DNA of 63,942 nt, filler included, from Thelocarpon superellum (lineage: Eukaryota), in NCBI GenBank assembly GCA_026025795.1. It is 6 parts of 6 records of this genome, joined end to end, with 100 filler letters (N's around TTAATTAATTAA, not from the genome) between each part and the next. Parts side by side here need not be neighbours in the genome. Positions count along the whole stretch, not along the records: positions 45,449 to 56,609 come from JAPEUG010000511.1; positions 56,710 to 63,942 come from JAPEUG010000640.1; 4 more parts are not named here. One strand, written 5' to 3'. This document shows, in pieces, positions 48,286 to 63,942 of this stretch. How positions within the stretch are numbered: position 1 is the stretch's first letter; every line of letters begins with the position of its first letter. The position numbers and the translations under genes are program-made. The notes under the pieces were generated by a model that did not search any database, was not told where the DNA came from, and saw only the letters and a program-made list of their open reading frames with translations.

Positions 48286-50435
48286 GGTGGGTCCGCGGAC
48301 ATGTCAAGCCCACGCTCGGGCGGTAATGTCGACAGGACTTGTAAACGACCATGAAGCTGGACGATCCAACAAACTTAGGGGGGGCAGTCATGTAGTCGGC
48401 CGCAATGTCCTCCGGGACCGCAGCATGACCGGAGCTGTGAGAGTCTGGGGTGATGGGGAAAGGGCTAAGCTTCGTTTGACCTCAAAGCGAACAACACGAG
48501 ACCACAAGACTTCACGAGGACTATTCCTGCTTGGTCTTCAAGGTCCAGCATGCAGGCCCAGGCCTTTGTCTGCACCATACAACGTAACACCGCGCCCTTA
48601 CATAGTCCTATTCTCCAGCTATTAAGACTGGCTTACCATGGTACCCGGTACGAGAGCAGTTGCACGAGCCGCTGTGGTCGTATCCTAATGTGTCAACCCA
48701 CCAGTCATCCGGGGATGTGACTCTGCAGCAGGTGGCGCTCGGAAGCGTGACTGCCCAATCCCGAAACATCATACGCGCGAATCCGGCCATGTGGGTGTGT
48801 GGTGAGCGGATTATGTTTCTTGGAGCAGATGACTTCGGCACCAAGCAGTTCCCGTGGCGAAGCCGGTCGCGTGAAGAGCTATGAATCCCTACGGCGGCCG
48901 ACGGCGTGAATGTGCGATGCGAGTATGATCACGGCCCGGCCAAGCTTTGGTACTCGTACCACTATGCAACGGATGTTTCCTACATACAAGCCCCCCGGCG
49001 CTGGGACTTGCCGGTCTTGAATGGCGACGGTGCGGGCAGTAGCGTAGCGGCGGCCACCTATGAGGACTCGTACCGATAACTGGCCAACCCCGGTACCCTT
49101 CCCCCGCGTACCCGAACGCCAACGGCGTTTGTCATCCTAAGCCACTGGACCTATGGCAGGAGTGTTTAGACGCTCGCTGCATAATCGATCGACCCTTAAT
49201 GATGTGGTCGTACGAGTACCTGACATAGCCGAGCAAAAGCAATAGTGACACCTCCAAGCGGTGATGTCGCAGCTGGTGCCGTAACTCAACATGAGCAGAC
49301 CTGGCATGCATGAACATGGAATGCACGGCAACAAACGCCAGTTCTCGTTCCTACACCCGGAAGGGCACGAGAGGCCCGTCACCCAGTCGGACTATTCGCC
49401 ATTCTCGGATTACAAACACCCGTCCCTCCACCGTTGGCCCGCAAGAGACCCTCTTCCCACTCACGCCCAACCACGGATTTCGGGACGACGCCCACCAGAT
49501 TTTGCTAAGCGAGACAGTTGTCGAGATCAGACTACGGAGTAGTTTACTCGGACCATGGCGTGATGGCTGCGTGTCAGCCGCTTCTGGTGCAGCAGCTGCT
49601 TCCGTGCCTGCGATGATTGCCAGTAACTTAGGTAAGAGTAGTACTCTCCAAGCAATGGCTGCCGCTGAACACTGTCGCACAGATAACCTGGGTGGGTGAC
49701 CCTGACGAGTCAGTCCACTGAGATCGTCGGCATTCGCAGCTTCATGTATGAGAACGCAAGTGGTCAGATCGAGCAACCATGGCGCGATCCGGAGGCGCCG
49801 CGGGGAAGTGAATGTGGGCTGACGGACCACTGGTCGACGGTCCCGGGTCCTGGCGCGCGCTCGGATGGCCCGGAGACACCGTGCCCAAGAGCCAAAGGCC
49901 CGAGGGGCCGCCAGCCCGCATCCTAACCTGTAGGGCTGCTAGTCGGTACTGGTGGATGGTATCCTCTACAAATGTGTGCCTATGCTGCCTGCATCTGCTA
50001 ACCCTCCCGTCTACTCCACCCCCACCACCCTCCACAGCCACTGCAATGCTAGCCAGCTGTGAATAGGTATCACAGGTGCCGAAGAGTGGTCAAATACGCT
50101 ACCATATAAAGCATCAGCTGCCAACGCAAGGTGCCTGTCTCCGCCCGGCCAACGCGGCCAAAGCTTCGCCGGTTGGCGAGACCAGTGGGTTCGGGTCCCA
50201 GATGTGCTTTATCCTACTTCAGATGCTCTAGGAAAGGCAGTGATCATGGCCATGAACCATGCTACCATAGGATTGCACCCCGCTTGTGAAGTCGGGAGTG
50301 CTGAACAGAAAGTAGCGCGAAAGAGAGGCGATGGGGGACGCCTAGCGACCTAAAGAAGAGAGGCCCATTATTCCGGCGTGAGCACGGAATGATCAGAGTG
50401 GCTGGCCTGAACATCTTCAAAACCATCCCCTCCGT

Positions 50436-52205
50436 CTACACCTGGCACAAGACTTGCTTGTCGTTCTTGGCCAGAAACTCGCTGCCAACGGCGCGGTTAC
50501 ACCAGAACAAGGCGTGCGGATCCCACTTTTTCTTGATCTGAAGCAAGCTGGGGTAGTTGGAACCATAAAAGTCCTTTTGCCAGTCCGGATCAAAGCCGTC
50601 TGCTTCATTCATGTAGGCGCCACTGTGGGGAGTTAATTCCTTCAGCTCGACCATGAGCTTGTTCGTGATGGTGTTTTGGTCGGCAACGTTGATGGAGTAG
50701 TTGTTCTTGCCATTGACGAAGGCGCGGCCGATGATGAGGTGAATGTCGGTCTGCCGCCAAGCCGGAAGGACGGCATTGTCGGGATTGCCGGTGAGATTCG
50801 CCTTGGGACTGAAGGAGATGTAGTTGAGGGTTCCTTGGGCGTCATAAATGTCCCGCATCGTGCTCACCAACCCATCCGCGTTATTCTGGATCGTATCGCG
50901 CGGAATCAAGCGACTGCCGAAGAGACCGCCGACCGGCCAGGGGGTGAAAGCGTGATTGTAAGCGTCGAGGTAGGTCGGGTACGAGTTCGTGCTGAAATTG
51001 TATTTGAAGCCGAGCGTGTCCAGCTCCGTGAGCAGCGGCTGCAGCAGCGCCGTCACCCGGGCGACGCTAAGGTTCGGACCAAACAACGGATATAGGGTGA
51101 ACTGGTAGGCGGTCAGGTAGAAGGCATAGGTGTAGCCGCCCGCGTCTCCAATCGCCGGGATGAGTGAGTTGTAGACCTTGATGGCCTTGAAGAAGTCCTC
51201 CTCGCTCTTTTGAAACTGGTCGAAGCTGAGGTTGGCCGTCGCCACCGGCACGTCCGGGTAGACCCTGGTCTTGAGCGACCAGACGATGCCAAAAGTGCCC
51301 GGCCCGCCACCGCGCAGGGCCCAGAACATATCAGAGTTTTCCGTGGGTGAGGCTGTCACGAGATCGCCGGCGGCGGTGATGACCTCGAACTCGAGGATGT
51401 TGTCGGCAGAGAGCCCGTGGAGAGAGGCCAGCGGAGAATGGCCACCGGCCGGTGTGTAACCGCCGGCCATGCCAACGGTCGGGCACGCCCCTCCCACCGC
51501 GACCTTGCCGAACTTTGCCAGCTCCTCCAGCATTGCCCCGCTTGAATCCCCAGCCAGCACTTTGATAGCCGGGCCATGGTAGTCTTCGCGATCAAAGTCG
51601 GGCAGGTACTCTAGACCCCGAATGTAGTGCAGCCAGATCCCCAGCGACCCGTAGCCCGTCGACTTTCCAAGATCGCTAGTGGAGCGTTAGTGAGCCCACA
51701 CAACCGGGTCCGACTCAGCTTACTCGTGGCCGGTGTTACGAATGACCAGACGGATGTTGTTGTCCTTGATAAATTGCAAGCCTGTATATACATGCTCGAT
51801 CTTCGACACGTTGATGGCGTAATGCACGTAGTCGCCAATCAAGCAGGGCGACGACCGAGGGTCAAAGGGATCGCACGAAGCGTTGGCCCACAGCTGCTGC
51901 ATCACCGATGACGAAGAGGGAAGATGTGGGTCGGGAAACCCCCATTGCTGCTGCAGCTGGGTACAGGCCGCCGCGTCATACGTTGCTTGGCCGTCGTATG
52001 AATCATGGCAGACCGCGCCGATGGGAACAGTCTTAATTAGACGCCCGTCAACACTGTCGTTGAGCTGCTGCCAGTCGTGCTGTGATGGCCAACACGGATC
52101 ATCTGGTCCACACTTGCAGCCTGGAGCGTGCCCGTTGCTCTGGTCCGCCATGACCTGACAAAGAATCGCCAGAGATAGGCCAACGATGAGGTGAGAGAAA
52201 CGCAT
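50436..52205 (-). CDS. Secreted FAD-linked oxidoreductase, berberine-bridge-enzyme-like; one intron near 51678-51724
   Basis: Signal peptide, CKCGPDDPCWPS, RNTGH, GACPTVG, GGHSPL, DMFWALRGGGPGTFG, YMNEAD..FYGSNY..IKKKWDP. Confidence 0.92.
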
Positions 52206-53807
52206 CTTGAATGATGACGGTTCCTATCAAGATGGCAAGACTGCTGTGAAGCGAAATGGCCAAGCGCCATTCAGAATGATAGCTCCATGGGAAGGAGGAA
52301 AGTCAGTTATCTTACTCTTGCTTGCATCTTATGCCTTGTTGCCACAGCTGCGGGATTAACCCATGGGTCGTAGCCACGCAGGTCCGCTTACGATCCGTGT
52401 GCCCCCTGGCATCTCTCGTGAGCGATCGGTTGAAACGCAATCGCGGCAGAAACCACGCAGCCGCCAGGTTCATGTAAAGCTACCGATGGGAAAACGAAGT
52501 CCCACCAAGATCAAGAGCATGTCAGCCTCCCACCCCGCCGCTTATGCACAGGGCAAGGATGGGTGCGGTCAACACGGGTGATCACTCCATACGAATCGTT
52601 GGCGTTTGCACAAGTGAATCATTTTCGACTGTCGCTTGTCAAGCTAGCAGACTCGCTTTTGCCGGCATACGAGACGTCAGCTGTCAAGGAGCTCCGTGCA
52701 ACCGTTGGCGGTTCTCGGTTCTTCCATTAGTCAGCCATAGCTCGAGGCAATAATTACCAGAGCCGAGACTTGAGAATATAGAATGGCATGCCTACGCATC
52801 ACACGCAGTTCAGCGAATTATGTGCTGGAGAATCTACGTCGCTTCTGAAGCACAAGAACCCACGGAACGGGCTGTGTTCTACCAACACGACTTATTCAGT
52901 ACATCTAGGTGGTGTGTCTTGTCTCGGTGAGGTAAGAGTAATGGGATCATAGACATTAGTACTCGTACATTTGACAAAGCTGAGGAGGTCGGGGACATCT
53001 GTACGAGTACCAGAACCGTGACTACCCGGTAGTACCTACGATATCTGTGGCATGAGCCTGTTTACTTGAGAACCGCCTCGGTCTATGTTGGCGAGGCGCA
53101 CCCTAGTCAGCACCAATCCCGCAGCAATCACGATGCTCCGTGTGATCGATCGGCTTGATACCGACGAATAAATCCCAAGCCGCCCCGTCAATGCCGAGCT
53201 TAGCCTCATCTCTGACCTCCGTGACCACGACCACTGCGCCGTCCACATGTACGTCAACAGCCACAGCTCCCAAGAGCTGCAAGGCCGCTAAATCGGCTAC
53301 TTTGGACCTGCCCGCCAGTCGCAGGTTGCGATTGTCCCCGCCCTCAGCATACCTCTAGATCCGTCAATCAAACGTGCCGGCATTGGCCTCGCATTGGATC
53401 GGCCTACGACCGCCCGGCGCCACTTTATATCGCTCAACTCCTCCCAAATACAACGTGTGTCATCCGAACATTGCGACGGCCTTTGTTCCAGCGAGACCCT
53501 CGGCCCGGTCTGCATTCGCCGCGATCCGCACTCTCTTGACAGAGATACGTCAAACACCTCCTCACACCACCCCTATAGGCCTACGAAGGTGGGGACTTAC
53601 AGGTGGTCGGCGGTGCGCGCCATCCCGCTGACCGCCGGCGGCGCAGGCTAGGCGGCACGACGGCCCGCGCGGACAATCGACCTCATGCAGCATCGCCCCG
53701 GCCGTCTCGGCGCAGTTAGTCTCTCATTGCTCTGCTCCGCGTGCTCGACGTCGGACGGCAAGGAGTGGACTCGACCGACCCTGGGTGTCGCGGTGGTCGT
53801 GATCGGG

Positions 53808-55661
53808 ATGGATCCGCCGTTTGCCTACGTCTCCAGAGAAGAGCTCTGGCGCTTGGTGGAAGAGATGAAGACGGTGCATGCCGTGCAGGGGGATCACGCG
53901 GAGCGCCTGGGGCGCCTGGAACGACGTCAGGAGGATGATGCGCGGCTGAAGTCGGTCTGGGGCACCTCGTCACCCTTTCCCAGCGTCTTAAGCGGCACGC
54001 CGCAACATGAGCCAATCCCGAATGCACCGGGGGACGAGTTCACCAACTTTGACGAGACACACCAGCACACGCTCCTCGGGAGCCTGTCGCTCGACCATGA
54101 GGAGGAACCGCGGCGGGGGGCCTCGCGCGCGAACAGCGTCCGCTTCGACGAGAGTGCCAAGCACGGTCACTGGCCGCGCTCCTCCGGCGAGTTCTTTCCG
54201 CCACGGACTGGAAGCGGCTTGGGAAGTCATCCCATGACGGAGCGCTCGCTCTCCCACAAGTCGGACGGCCGTCAAAGCTCGGCCGGGCACTCGGTTCACT
54301 CGGTCCACTCGATCCACTCGGCCGTCTCGGTGCCATCTGCTCGTACCAGCAGTCTGGGGATCGACACCGCCTTCCCCTCCAGCCATCCACTGGGGACGTC
54401 ATCCGAGTCGGCGGGACCGCCGCCTGGTCTCTTCATCCTGGGCACAGTGCCCTCTATCATCCGGTGTTGGCTCGACACAAACTTCTCTCACGATACCCTC
54501 CTCTATGCCGCGGTCTGCTCCGGCTCGTACGACTCCTTCCTGGATCTAACGTTGGTCAAGGATTTGGGCTTGGCCGACGCCCTGCGTCGAACCAGCGATG
54601 GAAGGCTGAGTCTTAAGCTACCCGTCTACTTACCGGAAGCCGTGATTCAACAAGCCTCGCGGTCGAGTAGCCCATCACCTCAGCTTCCCTCTATCTCCGT
54701 GCACTTCGCCGTCAACACGCGACCAACGATGCCGGACAAATCTATTCGTGTTTTCATCGGGAGCGATGCCCTGCGCGTGCATCATGCCGACATCCTCCTC
54801 TCGCAGAATTGTCTGAGCATCCTGGGCGACGATCACAGCCGACTTACCGTTCCGTTGGTGCGACCCGAGGAAGAGAGTCTCTTCCGCTCGCTGCGCATCA
54901 CCTCCATCGGCCGCACTCCCCAATCCGAGGACACCGAGGATCAAACTGAGGCTATTGATGCCAAATTGAGTCCAGATGCAACGGAGCACAAAGGAACAGG
55001 AACATCCATGCGGCCGTCTCTCCGTCGGCTTCTCTCATCAGAGATCTCTGTGCGTTCGACCAAGTCAGTATCCATGATGAAAGAGCCGCTGGAGAGCGCG
55101 GAGGAGGAGGCCAAGTCCCCGTCCATCGACCCTTCGGACGGGGGTGCGGTGGAGACCGATGCAGAGGAGAGCAAGGCCACGTCCACGCAGAAGTGCAGCA
55201 ATGGCCCTGGCTCCGAGCCAACGGAATCACCACGGAGAGACGGCCCCGGCGCGATTTGGGGCTCGTGGCGGCGTGAGCAGGGGGCGAAATCGGAGACGGC
55301 CAATGGAGGAACGACTTCCGGCGCCACATACCAACGTGCAGGACGTGGCCGCGGGATGAAGGTGCTACGTCCCTCTCGGTCATCCATCTCCTCCCCGCGG
55401 AATGGCGCGCCGTCCTCCGGGGGTTCCGAACATGATACGCCCCTGGGCAGGGACGAGAACGATCCGCCTCGCCGCTCGCAGGACACGCAGCCCGATGAGG
55501 CACCAACACCACTTCCGGCCGAGGTGAAAACGACGGCGGGCTCGAAGGAGTCACGCTCCATGTCGAGCCAGACTCGCGTGACCAATCCCATCGGCGGCGC
55601 ATCCGCCTTTGCGTGGTTGAATGGTGGTCCGCCCAAGCGATCCGCCACGACGGCCGAGTAA
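53808..55661 (+). CDS. Fungal hypothetical protein with a degenerate retropepsin-like domain
   Basis: Long intronless ORF; RLKSVWG..SPFP, RRGASRANSVRFDES, PSIIRCWL, NPIGGASAFAWL blocks. Confidence 0.8.
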   Translation: MDPPFAYVSREELWRLVEEMKTVHAVQGDHAERLGRLERRQEDDARLKSVWGTSSPFPSVLSGTPQHEPIPNAPGDEFTNFDETHQHTLLGSLSLDHEEEPRRGASRANSVRFDESAKHGHWPRSSGEFFPPRTGSGLGSHPMTERSLSHKSDGRQSSAGHSVHSVHSIHSAVSVPSARTSSLGIDTAFPSSHPLGTSSESAGPPPGLFILGTVPSIIRCWLDTNFSHDTLLYAAVCSGSYDSFLDLTLVKDLGLADALRRTSDGRLSLKLPVYLPEAVIQQASRSSSPSPQLPSISVHFAVNTRPTMPDKSIRVFIGSDALRVHHADILLSQNCLSILGDDHSRLTVPLVRPEEESLFRSLRITSIGRTPQSEDTEDQTEAIDAKLSPDATEHKGTGTSMRPSLRRLLSSEISVRSTKSVSMMKEPLESAEEEAKSPSIDPSDGGAVETDAEESKATSTQKCSNGPGSEPTESPRRDGPGAIWGSWRREQGAKSETANGGTTSGATYQRAGRGRGMKVLRPSRSSISSPRNGAPSSGGSEHDTPLGRDENDPPRRSQDTQPDEAPTPLPAEVKTTAGSKESRSMSSQTRVTNPIGGASAFAWLNGGPPKRSATTAE

Positions 55662-55890
55662 TGACCGGTGTCCCATTCATCGCCGCGAGGATGACCCTCG
55701 AGAATGTCCTGGCGTTCCGATGGGGGCTCTGTCTGGTGATCTTGCTACGGCATGTGACCGTCCTGGACGAGTCTTTGTCCGTTAGGTCTGTACTTCTAGA
55801 CTCGCTGCGAGCTACAAAGGTGCTGTCGCCTCGCCGATCTCCTTTCAACGCAACGAATATCCTCAACCTTTGATCATGGTCCGACGTGCC

Positions 55891-56609
55891 CTACATCTTG
55901 GATAATCCTTCCAGCGACGCTTTGGTGCTGGCTTTGGTGTCCTTGACCAAGGCGGCAATCTGGCGGAAACTACACGGCATGATTGTTAGCCACTCTTGCC
56001 GGTAGACGAGAGCGGAGGGCGGTCGACGGTGGAGGGAAGCAGCACTGACTCCGCAATGCTGGCATCACCCATGACCTCGTACAAGAAGCTCTCGCTCGTC
56101 GTCACCACGGCGCCTTCGCGTGCCAGGCGTCGTAAGGCGATGCCGACCTCGGGCGCGTTGCAGCTACTGACGCCATCGGCCAGGACGTAGACATGGTACC
56201 CGGCGACTAGGAGATCCAACGTCGTCTGCGTCACGCAGATGTGCGTTTCGATGCCAACGATGACAATCTCCGCCGGCGGCGGCGGCAGGTGTGTCCGAAT
56301 CCCCGGCACGTACATGGAGAAGGCGGTTTTGTCGACCACGGCCAGCGCATGCTCTAAGCTGAGTTCGTGACACGTCGGGCCCAGTTTACTGGCCGACTGG
56401 GTCGTTACGAGCACAGGGATGCCGAGGATCTCGCCTGGAAGATACCGTGTTACCGTCGACATCAGTCTGGGTGGACGGGGAAGGAGCCCTCACTGGCGCG
56501 AAGCATCTTCTCGGCCGTGGCGAGCCTACCGCACCGCGAGTCAGCACTTCCGCAACCAAACGGGGTCCGACGCTTGCCCCCGTACACCTTGGAGAACTCC
56601 CATATCGCC
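55891..56609 (-). CDS. Isochorismatase-family hydrolase (ISOC-like), 5'-truncated
   Basis: TTQ..KLGPT, DKTAFSM, VGIETHICVTQTTLDL, LADGVSS, TTSESFLYE; last exon FRQIAALVK. Confidence 0.9.
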
Positions 56610-56709
56610 NNNNNNNNNNNNNNNNNNNNNNNNNNNNNNNNNNNNNNNNNNNNTTAATTAATTAANNNNNNNNNNNNNNNNNNNNNNNNNNNNNNNNNNN
56701 NNNNNNNNN
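56610..56709. other. Artificial contig linker
   Basis: N-run with TTAATTAATTAA. Confidence 0.99.
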
Positions 56710-57620
56710 ATATGCGGGTGAGCATCCCCCATCCACGATGGCTTTGGGAGCGGCGTTATCTGGATGGCGATGAGGGAGGTTCCGTGCCGTGCCGTGCTGT
56801 ACGCTTTGCGGATCCAACCTGATTCAATCCATGGCACTGTCGACGGCCAAGGTGCGGTGCCATGCAATACGCTATGCCAAAACAAGTCACTCAACTCGCA
56901 CTGCCAAGGGCGGCCCGGATTGAATCATATTAATTTACTTTGGACGTAACTATGACTACTTTACGGATAGGTGTTGTTGTAGGCTTAGACCTTTACTTTT
57001 GGACCGATGATTTCCTCGACTCGGGTTTCTTTTCGAGAACGGCGGCAGTCAAGGATTTATCACCGCGTATCATTTTCTCCTTCACCTTTCCTGTTCATTC
57101 ACGGACATCTGAACATGACCGTCCGTGTCAAAGTACGTGGCTTGCTGATGAGGGAAAGAAATGCATTTTATTGTCTAATCTCTGTAAAGAATCATCAGAT
57201 CACCCGAGTGAGTGATGGATCCGCCTCCTGGCGACGTCGCACTGGTCATTCTCAAAGGCAGTTGGTCGGTACCTGGAAAGTGCCTTTCGCCTCTGAAGGA
57301 GTCGCAAAACGGAAAAAAGGGAGAAGGAAAAGAAAGAGGAAAAGGAAGACTCGGTTTTCGGTGTTGGCCACCTGGTGGCCTAGTTTTCCCGTCCGCCTGT
57401 CCACTGCCTGTCTTCCTGTTTTTCACTTGCTGAAAACATGCATCAGGTTGCCTCTAATGTTTTGGGACGGTATGAACTGTCCGAGGGTGCATGAGGGTGC
57501 ATGACGGGCGCAGCGCAGAGCAGAGCCAAACAATAATCTATCAAGCGATTCTTCGAGATGATGAGATCGATCAGTCTAGACGGGTCAACGGGGATCGTCA
57601 GGCTCAGATAGAATGCGCAT

Positions 57621-60372
<2,752 letters not shown>

Positions 60373-61274
60373 GACGAAAAGTGGGTGGAAAGGACCGGTG
60401 CGACCGTTACGGAAAAGGCAGTGTGAGAGGTATGAGAGGAAGACCGAAGAGTACACCAGAGTCCGTCGGCACAAACAAGGACGATCTCTGAATCGGGTGC
60501 AGTGTCACGAGCCGATGATGAGAGGAGAGAGGGAGTGAGGGTGGAAGGGAGAGGAGATGGATTGAAGAGAAGATAGTTGAAATGATGGGCGCAGGCGACA
60601 GACTTTTTCCGATTCATGAAAGTCTCGCTTCTCCCTGGTGCTACGGTGTGTCCTTCTGAAGATGAGGCTTACCTGTTGCAGCGGTAGCGTGAGGCGACCC
60701 AGGCGCTTCCTATGACAACCGCCGGGTAACGTGGGATGTATTAGATAAGCCGCAGCTTCCCACACCAGGCATGCGAGTATTTGGGCGGGACTGGGCCAAA
60801 CAAGTGTTTCGCCCCGTACGGAATCTACATGACGAGCCTCCCGGAAAGAGCCAGTGCACTTTCGTAGCCTTGGTATGTCAACTGCTCTATACGAAGAAAT
60901 GGAGACTGATGGACAAGCGTTGCACGGTGAAATGGAATGTGCGACGAATGGCTGTCAAGATCGCCGCGTCCAGTCAACCGCCGCTAAAGGTTGACGTTTA
61001 TGAGCGGACTGCATTTTGCTTTATGGAATCAATCAAATACATGCGTTGTCGCCGGAACCACCTCCGCCCAGGAGGCTTTCTAGAACTCTACTCGACATAC
61101 GCTGTCCGACAATCATCCCGCCTCACGCGTACTCGACCTTGGCCTCGTCTTGGGCCGGCGATGGGGATCAACTTCTCAATTTCGTCGTCAATTTTCCGAC
61201 ACGTCAGCATCTAACGTTCGGGTCAGCCAGATCATCACAAGATCAGCAGCTCTAGCGCGCATGGTTTGTCCGGC

Positions 61275-63128
61275 TTACGCGATGAAGAAACGTCCTTGCA
61301 CCTTTGCGAAGAGCGTGTCCCGAACGAGATCCTTCTCGTGGTCTTGCAGGAGGTATGCAGTGTCGGCATTTTGAATGGCAAGGTAGAGCTTTGCGTTGCC
61401 TGGACCCAGCATTGAGATGTATTTTAGAAGTCCCTCAAGGCGGAAGCGTGTAGTGGTGGCAAATGACAGGGACCGTAGCTTGCTGAGCCGGCCGATGTCC
61501 TCCCAGATAGCATCGGTGAACCCGTGACCGCTAGTGTAGATCTCCTCGAGGTTGGGGAGGTGACGGGCGATGTGTTTGAGGTCGCGATCGATCAGGCAAT
61601 CGGACACGCCGAGCAAGCTCAGGTCTTGGAGCGCCGTCAATTTGGCCAAGCCCTCCACCAATGGCTTTCGCATGGTTTTACCCGTCTCCGTGAAAGACTT
61701 GAGATTCAAGCAGCGCAATTCTCGCTGCTGTCCGAGCGCGAGAAAGAGGTCACGATCCTCCTGCTCGCTTTCGGTGATGTACCAGGAGATTTCCAGCGTC
61801 CGCAGGTAGATGGTATCGTCCATAAGGACTGGGGTCATGATAGCCGCGCCACTGATGAATCGGTTGAGCTTGACGCTCTCCAAGTGCTTGCAGGACTTGA
61901 GCCACGAGACCAAGAAGTGAAACAATTCATTCAAGGTAGGTGTCTTGCGCAGGTCCAGGGTATTCCAGCGATCTTCTAAATCGATCGACCGCAGCGCGGT
62001 GCAATCCTTTAGCGCCATGAGTGACGCGAGCGAATCCGCCTCTAACGAGCGGAGGTGCAGCTCGGTCAAGCTGAGATGGTGACCATTGAGCGCGATGCAG
62101 CTTGCGGGCCCGAACCTTGAGGTGCTGATGATCTCCAGCGATTCCAGGGACTGTTGCCGGAGGCCGCGCAGAAAGATCGCCAGCTGCTCATCCGCATCGT
62201 CCTGATTCCTGACGCGTCCACGTCAGTGGCCGGGGACGTGACGGTGACGAGAGGTCCGAGGAGAGACAAACCAGGTGTAGAGACTGAGCTTCTTGAACTG
62301 TGGACAATTATCATGGATCACTCCCTCGACACCCTCGGTCAATGCGGCACCCTGCCACAGCTCGAGCGACTCAAGTCGCGGCAGGCGTTGAACCCATCGG
62401 ACCAGGAAGCCTGGCAAGACTATAATCATTCAGAGTCACCTTCGACGAAGATCGATTTCGGCTACCTACCGTGCCCTGAGAGCGTTTCTAGCATGGGAGT
62501 CTCCTTGGTCATGACTAAACTCATCAGCTCCTTCCGCCATCTCTCGTGTCAGGACTGACGACCTTCACCAATAGCGTTGATGACATCGGGCGTCTTGGCC
62601 GCGCCTCTGCCGGACCGTCGAGCCCCGAGTATCCCACCTAGTTCGCCGCTGTAGAATTCTCTACATTCTCAGTTGGAGCCAGTCAATGCCTGCTGATTTG
62701 AGCCACTCACTCCTCGACAGCGTCGTGGAAGTAGAGGTCTTCAAACAGCTTGTCCAAGTCTCGCAGATCTAGGGCACGGATGTAGCGGCAGTACGGATAC
62801 ATGGTCTGACCAAGGCTCGAGCTGATCATCGACCGCCACAAGCGCGCCCATCTGCGGACCGTGTGCTCGACCGATCGGGAGCCCTTCACCTCATCCCCCC
62901 CGCCATCCATCACCGGTGCGGCGTTGTGCATGCTGTCGCGCCCTCGGGTCAGCTCTACGTTCCCGCAGACAACAGAGCGACTCGCCCTTACCGGTAAAGA
63001 GTGGGAAGTGCGATTTGGGCAAGCCGTTTAGAGCTCACTCCGCAGCGATAGAGGGCGTTGAAGTCGCGTTGCTGCCATAGTTCGACGCAGATCAGGTGCA
63101 AGATGTCGTTGGGGATAGTAAGGTTCAT
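61275..63128 (-). CDS. F-box-like/leucine-rich repeat protein, multi-exon (3' end approximate)
   Basis: IPNDILHLIC N-terminus, WARLWRSMISSSLGQTMYPYCRYIRALDL, repeated LxxLxL units. Confidence 0.78.
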
Positions 63129-63942
63129 CTCGTCTTCATCCGCCGCCCCCGTGGTGGCGACTTTTATCCGTCTTGTTGGGTTGTGAAGCTGGCAGCAATC
63201 GGCCAAAAGCTATCGGACCGTTGGCTGTAGCTCACAGGGCTATGGTCGACACGTGTTTGACAAGTTCAAAGCTCAAAATACAGGGCAAGAGTGAGGGTGG
63301 GGTCAAGTTTGTCCGGGAATAGAATTCACATTATGCGGGGTCACGCAAGTAGCAAAACTCTCTTCGTCCCACCAAAGCGCAATGGACCTAATGATTGCAG
63401 CCTTTGATTTTCGGTGGCGTTCCGGCGCGATCGAATTTGCTGTGACAGGAGGTTTTTGCGTCCCGTGTGTCCACCGTAGGGGAGTACACTCGCAGGTTAT
63501 GAGGGTGCAAATCCTACCCGAGAACTGATTCGGAGTATACGCAACCCCTGCACCTCTCAAGACATCTTTCTTCTTCAACACATGTTCAAGGACTTGACTT
63601 GGTACACAAGATATGGATTTTGTGCACGCTTTTGGATACGCCACTCGTGGCAAAAATGATCCAATTGATACAGCAATCCACTGCTCAGGGTGGATAAACG
63701 GGCTCGCTGGCGAGAGATTGCACCACCCACGACATGGGATTGTAGCTTAGTTACTGTCTTACCGAGACGCATTGGTCTGAAGTTTCTGAACGCTTCACGT
63801 CAGGTCACGACCGTGGGGCAGGCGATTTAGCTCCTGGCAAGGCGACATGTTGACCCTCCGTTCCAGCTGCTCTTGCTCACCCACGACTTCGGATGGGAGC
63901 GTGATGTAGACCAGGGCATCGCATCGTGATGAGCTCTCGTGG

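Noticed and set aside
48660..49080. Coding-looking plus-strand stretch with internal stops
   Set aside because: No family recognised; cannot support a pseudogene call
50140..50205. T-arm-like hairpin tgggttcgggtccca suggesting a tRNA
   Set aside because: Lacks the conserved A in the T-loop and no acceptor or D stems could be built
38813..52205. Apparent cluster of EGT1, PTH11-like, CLC and BBE-like oxidase
   Set aside because: Spans a linker; no backbone synthase (PKS/NRPS/terpene) and no EGT2 nearby
11352..56709. Regularly spaced TTAATTAATTAA repeats
   Set aside because: Always embedded in N-runs of fixed length; assembly linkers, not CRISPR or biological repeats

Overview
Eukaryotic DNA from a GC-rich filamentous ascomycete (Pezizomycotina-type genes, GT-AG introns with CTAAC/CTGAC branch points). 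The window is six unlinked contigs (complete ones about 11.2-11.3 kb, in decreasing size) joined by artificial 100-nt N/TTAATTAATTAA linkers, so gene order across linkers has no biological meaning. Contig 1: TRM112, SET1, mitochondrial bL34, an Rpa14/Ker1-like gene, STE24, ERG12. Contig 2: NUP-family protein, X325/BIM1-like GPI copper protein, Ty3/gypsy gag relic, SRR1-domain gene, decayed bacterial-type alkyl sulfatase, Q/N-rich ORF. Contig 3: LRG1 RhoGAP, a double-UBC E2. Contig 4: two hypotheticals, EGT1, PTH11-like receptor. Contig 5: CLC transporter, BBE-like FAD oxidase, a hypothetical with a degenerate retropepsin-like domain, isochorismatase. Contig 6: DBP2, F-box/LRR gene. The most notable unexplained signals are (i) a 662-nt EGT1 intron at the domain boundary, with competing helices and tandem SreA-type GATA sites; (ii) the highly base-paired 476-nt DBP2 intron; (iii) CpG-directed rather than CpA-directed mutation in dead DNA. 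All identifications are from motif recognition; no searches were run.
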